A stretch of DNA of 60,389 nt, the filler included, from Bipalium vagum (taxonomy: Eukaryota): assembly GCA_037834085.1 (NCBI GenBank). It is 3 parts of 3 records of this genome, joined end to end, with 100 filler letters (N's around TTAATTAATTAA, not from the genome) between each part and the next. Parts side by side here need not be neighbours in the genome. Positions count along the whole stretch, not along the records: positions 20,594 to 43,259 come from JBBMKC010218354.1; positions 43,360 to 60,389 come from JBBMKC010081584.1; 1 more part is not named here. One strand, 5' to 3'. Shown in pieces: positions 39,255-51,809 of this stretch. The position numbers were made by a program, and so were the translations under genes. Positions within the stretch are counted from its first letter, which is position 1. Every line of letters starts with the position of its first letter. The notes under the pieces are model-generated. The model had not been told where the DNA came from and ran no database searches. It worked only from the letters and a program-made list of their open reading frames with translations.

Positions 39255-39779
39255 GTAGCGTGATTTTATTTCCTATCGTTACGTAGAAGACCATTGAATA
39301 TAAATCATCTCAAATAGCGAGCCAAAATTAATTACACTCAGAATTAAAGTATCAAAGATTTTTCAGTGATTCTGTGACAGTTTTATTAAAAATAATAAGA
39401 GAATCAATAAGAATTAATCGATATTCAATAATAAGTAACTGTTTTTACTTGCTTCTGCGTTTTTATAGTTTTTTGCAAAATCGTCGAAAGAGTCGACTCA
39501 CATAGTTCCTATCAGAGGGATTTTTCACCTACACTGAAGTGATATGTTTTTTCTTGACTTTAATTAAAGGGTAATACGAAAAGTTAATAATTTTCATATT
39601 ACATATGCAACTATGTTTATATTTATTTTCAACTATGAGTTGTATATCCTTGTTTCATTAAATTGTCTTAGTTAATTTTGTTCATTTTTATTTGTGCTAA
39701 CCGTAGTCCTTTAAGCAGCCAAATCTTTTGTAATAATATTTAGCTTTTCAGGGACGACGAAGAAGATCAACTTACAAAT

Positions 39780-40400
39780 CAATCTGTTGTATAATTTATA
39801 AATGTTATTTCAGCGGTAAGAGACAGTGTGTCCTTACCATCTGTACTAAAATTTAAAGTTGATCGTTGTCGTTGATCGTAAGTTGTCAAATGGTAAACAA
39901 ATACTACTTCAGTCTCAAGTCTTCGAAGACTTCTTACAAACTTCTCTCAGCTTATCACACAGAAGCAGTCATTCCATAAGCCTTTAAAGTTAAAGTTTTC
40001 CAATTTGCTTTTAATTTCTTTAAGGGCGAGTTACTTTGATTGATTTAGATTCACATTGGCAGTACAAAACAATCAACTACAGCTTATTTTATGGCTCATG
40101 TATATATTTCTAAGATTTATCAATTGTAATGTTATTTTTAAACCGCGTTTGAAGCACAGAAATTGAACACCTTAAGAATCTCTCTCGATCAATCGTTAAT
40201 TTATGTTAAATTCAACAGGCAAAGTTTTCTCACAGCCAAATATCCATGTTATATCGAGTGTTTTCTAATCATACTAATGTCGTATGATACCTGAATCTCG
40301 AGATAAGTCACATGACGGTCAAGCTTTATCAATTATTTATTTAACATTGAGATTTGCTGTCCTCACAAATGATTTTGTACGCTTTTCGTAAAGCAAACTT
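39780..40400 (-). pseudogene. hAT transposase C-terminal (dimerisation domain) remnant
   Basis: AERSL..SLRRLET..LRST, resembling ERSFSxLRRLKTYLRST. Confidence 0.45.
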
Positions 40401-41429
40401 TGAGATTGAAATGTTTTTTTTCAAACAATTAGGTAACACTTTAAACTTGTTAATTTATACAAAGTAAAATTTTATCATGAAAAAGTAATTTTACAGTTAG
40501 GTAATGTAATATTTTCAGTTCGCAATACAGTTATTATAATGTTAATATGCATAAAGTTAAAAGTTTGTGATATAAGATGTACTAATAATAAATAATAATA
40601 TATTGATTGTTACAATGTAAAAATTGCTAATTTTCATTAATAGAAAAATTTCTTTTAATGAGGTTTTCAGTAGATATTTACCAAAAATTTTTCGAAGTAC
40701 AATGAAACCTGTCAATGTTGTGCACGATTGGGACCGAATATTTTGCCTACAATATAGGGGGTTCATGAAAACGAAAGTCAATATTTCTTTTATTAACAAA
40801 AAAAATAAAATGATCAACTTAAGCAGGTGTCCACATTATAGAGGTGTACAAATTAACAAGCTTCGCTTTATAATAAAAGTTAACTGAACGAAATCAATTA
40901 TTAATTAAAAATAAATAATTGCAATATTGTGAAAAATATAGTTTAAAAAACTAATGAGGAGAAATAAAAAGACAATATAAATAAACTGTTTCATAAAATT
41001 AGCTTTGAATAAAATAATTTTCATTCAATCCAGTCTAATAATTGAAAATCAGATTTTTTAGACGTTTTCTTTGTTTTAAAGATTCATTTTTTATAAATAA
41101 ATTTAAAATCTGAATTAGTTTTGATATGAATTTAATTTCCTGAAAATAGTGTTGGAAATTTTGCTAATGAATAATAAATATTAATAATTGAATTATTCAA
41201 ATAATAAACAGTCATTTTGAAAAGTCAATAATTTTGGTGAAAAGAGTATCTAGAATTTGATTTTTTCTAACACAAATCTTTCTCTCAATATTTTTGTGCG
41301 TTATTTTTCATTAAAAATAATTTGCATACATGTTGTGACAATAAAGTTCCAGCACTTTATCTATTCAAAACCAAAGATACATAAAATAACAATAAGTCAT
41401 ATTTCATTGCTTAAAGTATTCACAATTGA

Positions 41430-41900
41430 AAGTAGTCACTTTTGAATACACTTAGTACATCTTTTATAGAAAGCGCCAAAACTTTTTAAAAGTCCTCTTT
41501 TTGAATACTCTTCAGATCGCTTGTAAAATTTGTCTAAATATCCTCTCCATCTAGAAATTTTCTTAGTTAAATCCGGTGAATATTATAAAACTTTTCTGGT
41601 TTTGGAGAGCTCTTTGAACACTATTGAATGCTCTATCCACCACCACTCATCACCATTAACAATTGATTTTTTAAAATTTTGGTCAGTATCACAAACGAAA
41701 ATGAAATTACAGCAGCAATCAACTCTGCGTTGCAATTGTTTCGGAGTCAAGCTGTGAGCAGCAAGCCGCAACAAATCTTTTTCTTACCTAAATTCTCAAT
41801 CAACATTTTCCGAATCGATTCTTTATTGATTTCAGTTTCATCTTCGAATATTCTTAATGTAACATGTCTTTCTTCTTCAACAATTTCTTTAATTTTGTCC
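41430..41900 (-). mobile_element. mariner fragment (irritans/mellifera-like)
   Basis: EEERHVTLR...LIENLGKKKICC..AHSLTPKQLQRRVDCC...SIVNGDEWW. Confidence 0.8.
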
Positions 41901-42106
41901 TTGTAAAGTTGAAAGCTACAGCTATAAATCTCAAGACTATTCACCAGAAAATTCTAATAAAGCGTTTTGTTAGTTTTTTTTGAATTTACATGAATTTTCC
42001 AAATATCAGGCTCAGCTCCAAAGTGAACTTTAAAACTAACTAAAAAAGCTAGGTAAAATAGAGAAAATGGAAAATTTTCTTTTTATCTTATTTTTTGTTT
42101 TCTAAT

Positions 42107-42929
42107 CAATTTTCACCTCTATTTTGACATTGCAAAACTCAAGTTTGACAATGTTATGTTTAATTTTAACTTTGTTTAAAATCGTATTTTTGTTTATTTT
42201 GATTATTTTTTTAAGATTTTGCTTAGCCCAAGAATTTTTAAAAATTCCTTCTCAAGTTTTTGAAAGTAACGTATTTGTTATTGACGAATTTGGCTTTAAT
42301 GTAAATATGAGAGCTAAGAAAGGTCGATCTTTTAAAGGAAAAAGCATATTAAGGTTGCCCAATCTTTAAGATCAAGAAACATCTGTTTGCTGTGCAATGA
42401 ATATGGAAACTTTATTTTATTATGGCACTCAATTTCGTCCTTTTAATGGTGACATTTTTGAATATATAGAAAAACTACTAGCTTTGCTTTAAAAAATATG
42501 CTTACGAAATTGGTTTTAAAAATAGACAATGTTGCTTTTCATAAAACTACAAAAATAAGGAAATTGATAGAGGAATACGGTTTCAGTTCATTATTTATAC
42601 CTTCATACTCACCTTTTTAAAACCCAATTTAAAATTTATTTTCAAAAAGAAAGAAATTTGAACAGAAAGAGAGACCAGAAAATGAAGAATCTTTAATAGG
42701 ACTTTTAAATAATGTGTCAAGGCTTATTACTTATTAAGTGGAGATTGCTCCGGTTTCTATCGCAATGTGGATGAACAAGGAAATTATTAATGAATAAATG
42801 TATTTTTGTTTGATTAGTTAGATTTTTTAACGTTATGAACATATACCTATTGTAATTAACTTGCTGTCAAACTGGACTATTACAATGTCAAAAATAACCT
42901 TAACGTTGTCAAAATAGAGGTGAAAATTG
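42107..42929 (+). mobile_element. IS630/Tc1-type DD34E element, internally deleted, both TIRs present
   Basis: TIR CAATTTTCACCTCTATTTTGACA at both ends; FVIDEFGFN; DNVAFHK-...-PSYSPF*NPI* with 34 residues between D and the E position (now TAA). Confidence 0.88.
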
Positions 42930-43162
42930 TGTGCTTTTATTTTTTTCCTTTTGTTAACGAATGAACTTTTAAATTTTAAGTGAATTTATTTTGTAGCATT
43001 TTCTTAATAGTTATCGTTACGTGTGTCGATCGCGCTCCAAAAGCGGATTCTATTGACAATAATGAATCGATTGATAAAATTTTGGTAGTCAATAAACTTT
43101 ATTGTTATATTTGTGTTTTAGTAAAAGTAGAGGAATTGATTATGCTTTAAATATCAAATATA

Positions 43163-43259
43163 TACAGTGCGCGTAAAAAGTATGTTCACCTCCTATCAAA
43201 AATACTAATTTTGATATATATTTCAATTTAATTATAAATAGTTGTTTAAATATTAACTT
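43163..43259 (+). mobile_element. Tc1-like terminus abutting a gap
   Basis: TACAGTGCGCGTAAAAAGTATG. Confidence 0.5.
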
Positions 43260-43359
43260 NNNNNNNNNNNNNNNNNNNNNNNNNNNNNNNNNNNNNNNNN
43301 NNNTTAATTAATTAANNNNNNNNNNNNNNNNNNNNNNNNNNNNNNNNNNNNNNNNNNNN
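43260..43359. other. Assembly gap with artificial linker
   Basis: N44-TTAATTAATTAA-N44. Confidence 0.97.
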
Positions 43360-44696
43360 TCATATCATTAACCAAATTTATATGTATATAAAAGTAAAAA
43401 AATTATTTATTTATTATTAAATAAATAAAATATTTATTTGTAAATTAATACTCTATTTAATTTTAATTTATTTATAATTATTTATTGATGTTATTGATAT
43501 TTTTATTAATATTATTTATTGTAACGAAAACTTGAAAATTTCTTTCGAAAAAAATATTTATTCTCCTGGGCATCGATCAAAACCTGTTGCTCCCTTTTTT
43601 GTCAGTGGAAGTGTCAAAATGATTATTTGATCATTTCGCTTCCTTGACTTAGTCACAAGTTGGAACATGCGGAGTTGACTCGGATGGTTCGTGATATAAA
43701 TTCCAAACCTCAGTTGATATTGGTTCAATGCAATAATTGTTCACTTTTATGATAGAATGAAATATAAAATTACTACTTTCTGAAATTGAGAAAGTAATCA
43801 GATTGAGATATTAAGGACATTAATAACTATGCGTAAACCACTGCATCCTTATCAAATGATAATGTCTGTATAATCTTTCATAAACTTGTCTCGACTATAT
43901 GGAGATATCCTGGATATATGATCTATCTTCCGTATTCAACTTTAAGTGTCTCAAATTTCAGTTTGAATTCTCAGGAAACCTGTGTATTAAGTAGTCTTTT
44001 ACTCGCTTTTCGATAATCAGAATTGGCAAGAGAAACTTACTTTCTTATTTTCCAATAAGCCACTTATATTGGGAATGAAAATAAATACAACCCGGACCAG
44101 ATCTATTTACAGCCTATAACATCCTCATGGTCTTCTCAGACTTCATTAATTTGACATTAGGAGAATAATTATATATAATCTCTCAATAATCCAATATTTA
44201 CAATATGGCATTTGGAAATGGATGGGCACCGATTGAAAAATTCATACTATTTTCTAATTGACGTTGGGTTCTTGCCATTTCAGGTTCTTTAATTTATTTT
44301 CTTTTTCTGAGATCCATAATAAAATTCTGATTTTCTATAAATCTTCTTTATTCCATTATAGTGTAATTAAGAATTATTTATTACTTTTTATTACATGATT
44401 AATTTTCTTTCCTGTCTAAAAACAAAAAATTATGATTTAAAATAAGGTATTGCAGAACTGAAAATAATAATAAAAATATTATTAATATTAAATGGAGAAA
44501 TAATTTTTATTTTATTCAGAAGCAATTTAGGAAAATGAAAACATCAATAAATAATTTTTAGATCTTCTTGAAAAAAATTATTTTTTAAAAACCTGAATTT
44601 TATAACTAATTTATAGAAGTGCACTTTTATAGAATTTCATTAAAAATTATCAATATTCAATTATTATCTGATCCAAAAATGAGACAAAATTTATTT

Positions 44697-45300
44697 ACAT
44701 GGTTACGCTAAAAGTACTTTGACTTTACCAGAAATATTGAAGATCCTTGAATAAAATTTTGCACGTCTACATAATAGTCATACATGTATATAAGAAATAT
44801 ACGATTTGTTTAAATACTCCAATTTTTTGTTTGATCTAGATTAGATTAATTCAAAAAAATATTCGATAAGTTGAAATTTCGCAGTGTGATCTGTTTTTCT
44901 CTTCTAAGGGGATCTTACAAAAAGGTGATTATTAACCAGCTTCAAGAGGTATACGTTGAAGAAGCATCCATTTATAACTAGATCCGAGAATTCTTATTTG
45001 ATCGAAAAATCACTTTTGATGTAACCAAAAGTGTAAAACCTGTCGAAATTCGAGAAAAATTAATATAAAAAATGGTAAGAAATTGTGAAAAATAAGAGAT
45101 AAATTACTCAAACACAGATATCTGACAAATTAAATGTATTCAAAAGAACTGTCAAGATGTCACTAGAGCATATTGGAATCCGAATGTTATGTAGATGACT
45201 CATGATGAAATTTTAAAAAACTGAGATGATAACTAGACGAAAAATGTTATGTGAAAAGAATCCTCATCTCTAGATGTAGTCTGATCGAATTTATTATCGA
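44697..45300 (+). mobile_element. Decayed mariner 5' portion
   Basis: FRSVICFSLLRG...IINQLQEVY...IREF HTH-like segment. Confidence 0.5.
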
Positions 45301-45505
45301 ATATAATAACTACATATGAAACGCAATTGAGTTTCCATACTCGGTTATTTCAAGAAATGCGACTTATGAATGTATACTTATTGTTAAAAAAGATTTTGAG
45401 TTGACCTCATTATTTCTGATAGAGTCTAATTGCTTTGTAGCATTATCACTTACACTTGATAATTTTTGTTATTTGTTTTTTCATATAAATATTTAAAGTT
45501 TTTTA

Positions 45506-46717
45506 TTTGGTGTCCAAAAATTCCCGCTGAAAGTGAGCTTAAATGTTTTTCATTCAATTCAATCCTTTTTAACTTATAATTTTATAATAATGAAGTATGC
45601 AAGGTTAGAGTTATTTTAATATTTTAGTATCATATTTAGCAAATGGGTATTCATATGAACACCAGAAGAAAAATTGGATTATTAATGACCAAATTCAAGT
45701 CAATTTTTATGATAAGAAGAAAATTAAAAGCTGGCTGAAAGAATTATAGATAGACATTTAATCTTTATTTTGAAAGAGGATCAGTAGAACACTCTGAAGA
45801 TGGAACCTGATCACTGACAATGAAATTTAGTGTCCACACTTATTCAAAATGAGACACAATATTGTGTTTGATCTGTTTCAACCGCTGCTTCATTTGGCGT
45901 TAAATGTTATCATCTAATTATAACAGGGCAGTTGTCATGGAAACTTTATAAAGTACATTTAATAAATTTATTACATGATGAAGATCTGGAAGACAAGCTT
46001 CAGAGTGCAAAACTCTGATTCCAGTAGAAAATGCTGATATTCAAGAAAATATTTTCTTTTGAGGTAAAACAGCATTTTACCTAAAAATATTAATATATAA
46101 AAATAACGTCAGATATTGTCAGAAACCAACCCGCGTGTTAATTTTGAAACCCTCATTAAATCTCCGAAGGTCAATTTTTTGTGTGCTTTATCAAAGAATC
46201 GAATTAGCTGTCTTTATTTCTTTAATGATGAGACTGTTAATGACCAAAATTATCTGTAAATATTTAAAGAATATTTTATTTTTGAAATGAAAAAATTGTA
46301 AAAAGTACGGTCTCTGATATTTCAGAAAGATGGAGCTCCTTCACATTTCTCAAAAGATATTTGACAGTATCTTAAAGATAAATTTTCGAACAAATTCCCC
46401 GATTCGATAGGCTCCACGTTAACCATTTAAAGGAAAAGGTATTGAGATCTGAAATTAAGAATTTGAAAACAAAAATCACTGAAGAAATAAAAATTGTTAT
46501 AAGACTAACTTTGAATAACGTCCTCACCTTTTATTTTTAAAAAATGAACTTGTATTTCAGTTAATGGTAGTCATTTTGAATACTTGTTTTAAATTACTTT
46601 AAATAGAATAAAATTTTAAAGAGTTTTCTTTCACTTTATAAACCCAATCATTAAATATCTCAAACTGCATAAGAAACATCAAACTCTGCTTTCCGTGGAA
46701 ACTTTTGGGACACCTTG
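45506..46717 (+). mobile_element. rosa/Tc3-like transposon, near full length, decayed
   Basis: Imperfect TIRs (GGTGTCCAAAAA / TTTTGGGACACCTTGTA); SPKVNFLCALS..LYFFNDETVNDQNYL; IFQKDGAPSHF. Confidence 0.8.
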
Positions 46718-46762
46718 TATATAAAAAATATAAATAAATTTTAATATTTATTTAATTTTCAG

Positions 46763-46891
46763 TCCTAACAGACCTTCCATGCAGAATTGATAGAGACTGT
46801 GTTCATGTTAGTGGAAGCATGTGTCACCCTGGTGCAGGTCAGTGCGTATGCCCAAGCAGACATGTTTTTATTCCACAATTATTTCTTTGTC
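46763..46891 (+). CDS. Isolated exon encoding a six-cysteine EB/EGF-like module of an unidentified gene
   Basis: ttttcAG acceptor, GTAAG donor, 129 nt, phase 1-1, open frame: LTDLPCRIDRDCVHVSGSMCHPGAGQCVCPSRHVFIPQLFLC; GC-rich relative to flanks. Confidence 0.75.
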
Positions 46892-47796
46892 GTAAGAGTT
46901 TCATATATTTAAATAATGATTTTAACAATGAAATGTTGAAATAAAACATTTTTTGAAAAATGGACGAAATGAGAGAACATGAAAATTAAAAATTATTAAA
47001 TAATTAAATAATTTTATTAAATTAAAAGAAAATAAATATTTTGCAAGAAATAAATCGATTATTAATTACTTAATTAATTAATTAATTAACGATGAATAAA
47101 TTACTAAAAATAGATTTAATTCTGAATGAAAAGCAGAAAAGCAAAGTGAAATTCACATTAAGATAATATTAGCAAAAATTAATACCAGTGAGTTTGTTTA
47201 AATAAATGAATTTAATAAAAGAAAAAATATATGTATCTAGACGGCTCAGAGCATTAAAGTACCTTTTTAAAAATTCAACGAATCTTCAAAGACAAGTCAT
47301 ACGTTACTGAATGTTGTAGAAAACAGTCTCACGAATTTGGTGACCAGTACAGAAAAGATAATAGGAATACCGGAATAAGAATTATTTATTATTCCTAATT
47401 AATGCATAAAAATTAGGTAGTGATTAAAATGAAATCGATTTTAGAACAAAAAACGAATTATTTCTTTTTATTTATGGAAAATATTTTATTTTATTTTATC
47501 AAATTAAAATAATTTTTAGGTAATGTGATTATTTTTTTTAAAAATTTGTTTATATTAAAAATATATTTTATGGTCTGGTTTGGAATTACAATCATATTAT
47601 CATTAATTATAGTTTCTAATTAATCTGAGTAGAATTATTTAATTACGGATTTTTTAATTAATTTGAATTCATTTTGGCATTAGTTGATTTTTAATATGGG
47701 AAAAGTCGATTTTAATTTATAAATATTATGAGAATGTGTGATGATCAGAAAATGGTGTATGAAATAAAAAAGATTGGCAATAATTTAATCATTGAA

Positions 47797-48153
47797 TATT
47801 AGGTTGGTGCAGAAATAATAGCCGTTTTTAAATTTGAATCTTTTCTGTTTAAGATATTTTAAAATCAATATTATATTTTAATTCAAAGCTAAATTTCTAA
47901 TTAATTCCCGAAAATAGTAAGATTTTTAAATGCATTAATTAAATTACTTTTGTTTGAAATTTTAGTGATGCTATCAAAACCAGAAAATCGAATAATTACT
48001 TTGCATGAATTTAAACTTGTTCAAAATGCTGCAGAGGTGACTAGAAACATTATCCAGGTATGTAGAGATGAAAAGGTTTCTGAACGTATATAGTTTTTAA
48101 AGTTTCGGATTTGAAATACCAGCCTCGAGAATGAAGATTACAGTGGACGGCTT
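47797..48153 (+). mobile_element. mariner 5' end (Hsmar1/cecropia-like)
   Basis: TIR TATTAGGTTGGTGCAGAAATAATAGCCG; MLSKPENRIITLHEFKLVQNAAEVTRNI. Confidence 0.85.
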
Positions 48154-48977
48154 TTATCAAAGCACATAAAAATCACCTATAAGGTGATTATATGCTGTAT
48201 GCATAGCTTTCAACCTTTCTTTAACTTTGTTGTAGCTTTCGACGTTTTGAGTGTGATAATCATAATAAAGTCATAATCAACAAACTAATAATTATGACAA
48301 ACCAATTCCGTACTGCCTTATCTAACTGTTATGTATATGATTGGAAAGATAATTTTTGGCTTAAATTTCTCAGGCTTGTAGCTGCAATCTGCTATCAAAA
48401 TATATTTTTATATTCTCTACCGAGTTTGGCTCGAAATTTGATAAGAACTGGTCTATAAATGTATATATGAAATATTAGTTAAACTGCTTATATCAACATG
48501 TTTTATCATATCGCATAGTTGAATACCATTATTAAATACACAAAATTTAATCTCCAGTCGTTGGGTTTATAATTTCATCGTTCTGGTTGCACATCTTGAA
48601 TTCTAATTTAATATGTGCAATACAATAATTATTGTATAAAATAATTGTAATATAAGTTTAATTTATGTAATGTGTCAAAAATGACCTATTTTTATCCCAT
48701 GTGTGAAAAATGATCTCATTACCTAATGTGTATAATTTGACCTACAATATCGCAAAAGGTAACAATACATTATCAAAAGGTTTTTCCGTTTTACTTTTCA
48801 GTTGCAATGGGTAACTGAATACATCAAAAAACTATAAAAAAAAACAGTCAGATAAAATATAGTTTTTATCTATTTTAGAATTCTTCTTCTGAATTTTGAT
48901 CAAAAACATTTCTATAACGTATTTTTCCAGACGTGTGTCTTTAATCTTGTCTTTTGTAAGCTAAAGAGAATCTGAAT

Positions 48978-49124
48978 NNNNNNNNNNNNNNNNNNNNNNN
49001 NNNNNNNNNNNNNNNNNNNNNNNNNNNNNNNNNNNNNNNNNNNNNNNNNNNNNNNNNNNNNNNNNNNNNNNNNNNNNNNNNNNNNNNNNNNNNNNNNNNN
49101 NNNNNNNNNNNNNNNNNNNNNNNN
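48978..49124. other. Assembly gap (147 N)
   Basis: Run of N. Confidence 0.99.
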
Positions 49125-49944
49125 AAATTCTCGAATTTCTTGCCTTCAATAATATTATATAATATTATTCCTCTAAAGTGTACGCATAATATTTATTCGT
49201 TGTGTGACATAAAATTGATTTTTATCACAGATAAATTAATTTCGATTTGTCAATAAAAAAGTCTCACTTGAGATGTATTAAAAAATATTTCTTTCAATCT
49301 TAGAACAGTCTAATTGAAAAAATATTTTTAAAAGAAAAAATTTTCCCATGATTTTAATTGATTAAAGTGCTGCATCTTAAATGCTCTTGAGTATTTTGAT
49401 TAAATTGTTTGTTACTTGGGCTAAGTTCATTGATTAGAACCATTTCTTCAAAAATACATAATTCGATGACCGTAATAATTCGGTACGACTTCGCTTTTTT
49501 TCCTATTATATGTTTGATCTAATTGTAGAAAGAGTTTTCTCAGGAGAATTTCTTTCTAAAATTTTTTCACCATATTTCTAAATGTAAAGAAATAAATGTA
49601 GGGGTACTTAGAATTTCAAAAAGGATTTATTACCAACTTCAACGAAATTTGTTTCAAATATCTTCGTTTGCAATACTATTTTTATTATTGTGTAATATTC
49701 GCTGTTCTCTTGGAATATATCGAAGCGTAACAAGAAAGGAATATCACAAGAAATATTTCAAAAAATTATTTCCAGGGATATGATAAGAAATATTATTTTT
49801 TCAACATATTTCGAACCGGCCTTAATGAATTCTAAAACAATATAAAATATTGTGTTGTAATTAGGTGAATGCAAAGTTCCACATTGCTGATGCGTGTGTG
49901 AAATTTAAGTAATATTAATAATAATATAACATCTAAAAAGAGCA

Positions 49945-50142
49945 TGCACGGAGTTCTTCATTATGAACTGTTAAAATCATCAGAAACTGTTACTGTGGTA
50001 TTATACAGCCACCAATTGAAGCAATTGGAAGAGAAATTAATTGAAAAACAGCCATATCATGCGACCAAACAGAACACAGTAATTCTTCTGCACGACTAAA
50101 CCAAACTCCATTTTGTATTAAGAACTCAGGAAAAATTGATGG
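49945..50142 (+). mobile_element. mariner transposase fragment
   Basis: HGVLHYELLKSSETVT..YSHQL...VILLHD*. Confidence 0.8.
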
Positions 50143-50147
50143 TGTCG

Positions 50148-50720
50148 TGTCAATTGTTCACAGTACATATCGGCTGTAATTGTTTCACCAGGAGGTAACA
50201 ATTCGAAATGTACAATTCCCTTGCGATTCCACAAAATAGAAATCATGGTCTTTTATGCATGGATATTCGGTTTTGATGTGGTAGGAACTGGTTCACCTGG
50301 TAAGAAATAGGCTCTTAACGCGTGACATTACTGTTACGAATCCATTTTTCTTCTCCGATTATCAATCTGTCAAAAAATGGATCGTCTTCATATCGTAAAG
50401 GAGAGCAGAACATGCAAAAACACGATCCATTTTGTTTTTTTTCTGTGAGATCATGAGGTACCCGTTTAGACCATTTTTGAATAAATTCTAGTTTATGAAT
50501 GTTGTTTGTAATAGCTGTTTGTGAAACCTGGAGTCTCTTCGCTAATTTTCTTGTGGTAGAAAATGGGTCTGCTCTTAATTCAGACTTCAAGGTGGCATCA
50601 TCAACAACAGAAGGCCTGCCTGAACGTGGTTTATCTTCCAAGCTGAAATTTTCATTTTGGAATTTTTGGAACCAGAACCGAACTGTTCTTACTTTTACAG
50701 TTAGAACAGTTCTGGAAAAA
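50148..50720 (-). mobile_element. mariner transposase fragment
   Basis: WFQKFQNENFSLEDKPRSGRP; RVPHDLT; LIIGEEKWI; KGIVHFELLPPGETIT. Confidence 0.9.
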
Positions 50721-51740
50721 TAAAACCTCGGCATAAGAGACAATGACAATAGTGCAAATTCGAACATGTCTATTATAATAATTTAAACTATTATTTAAAT
50801 ATTTTCATCGGAAATATTTGTGGTGTCACTGGTACACATTGATATTTTCAATTTCCCTATGTAAAACTGCTCAATCTGTAATATCAATTCCCAGAAAACT
50901 TTTCTTTTTGCTGTATTTTTCATGAGAGTCATGGAATGTTACTTTAATTATTTTTATTAAATAAGTATTTATTAACATGGGTTCTTTCAAAATTCCGGTA
51001 TTCATAGGAAAGAGAACAGAAAATTTAAAAGATAATTTTTTAAAAAGTTTAGATTGAATATTTTTTTTAAAATTAAATTAAATTTATTAATTTCTAATTA
51101 GGTTTTTTAAAATATTAACAAATTTTTTAATGTACAAATATAATGAGATAATCTAAAAAATATTGAAAACAAAACCATTTTGTCGCTTTACAAATATACA
51201 TATTGATTTTTTAATTTTGGTAACTATCTAATGGTCGCTGCTGTATTAAATCAAAGTATAAGATTTATAAGTAAACCATTTATAAAATCCGTTCTGCTAT
51301 CAAGTTCTGAATATTTTAAAGTCGAAGCGGAATTAGTACACTATCTCACTAATTAATTATTCGTTAAACATCTTCAACTTATTATTATTAATTAATATAG
51401 TAATAATAATAATAATAGCATTATTATATAATATTATATATTTTAAAAATAAGTCTGTATCAAGAATTAGTTGAATGTTGATTAAAAAACGATGAAACAA
51501 TAATCATTTACTATCTCAGAATTCAATTATTTAGGTCCCATATTTGATTGTTGAACTTTTTTCTTTTAGACAATAATTTTGAATATTATTTCTTTTTTGA
51601 AAAAATTTTATTTTTCAAAAGCAAAGGTGTTTCTGTTTTGTATTTAATTTTTTACATTATTATTAATATATTTTGTTCAATTATAATTACAATTCCACTC
51701 TACACTTAAAAATATATTATTATTATTTATCATTATTATG

Positions 51741-51741
<1 letters not shown>

Positions 51742-51809
<68 letters not shown>
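51742..51809. repeat. (ATT)n microsatellite
   Basis: Perfect tract of ~22 units. Confidence 0.97.

Noticed and set aside
43560-44400. Gypsy RNase H/integrase remnant (RQVYERLYRHYH)
   Set aside because: Too degenerate to support without a search.
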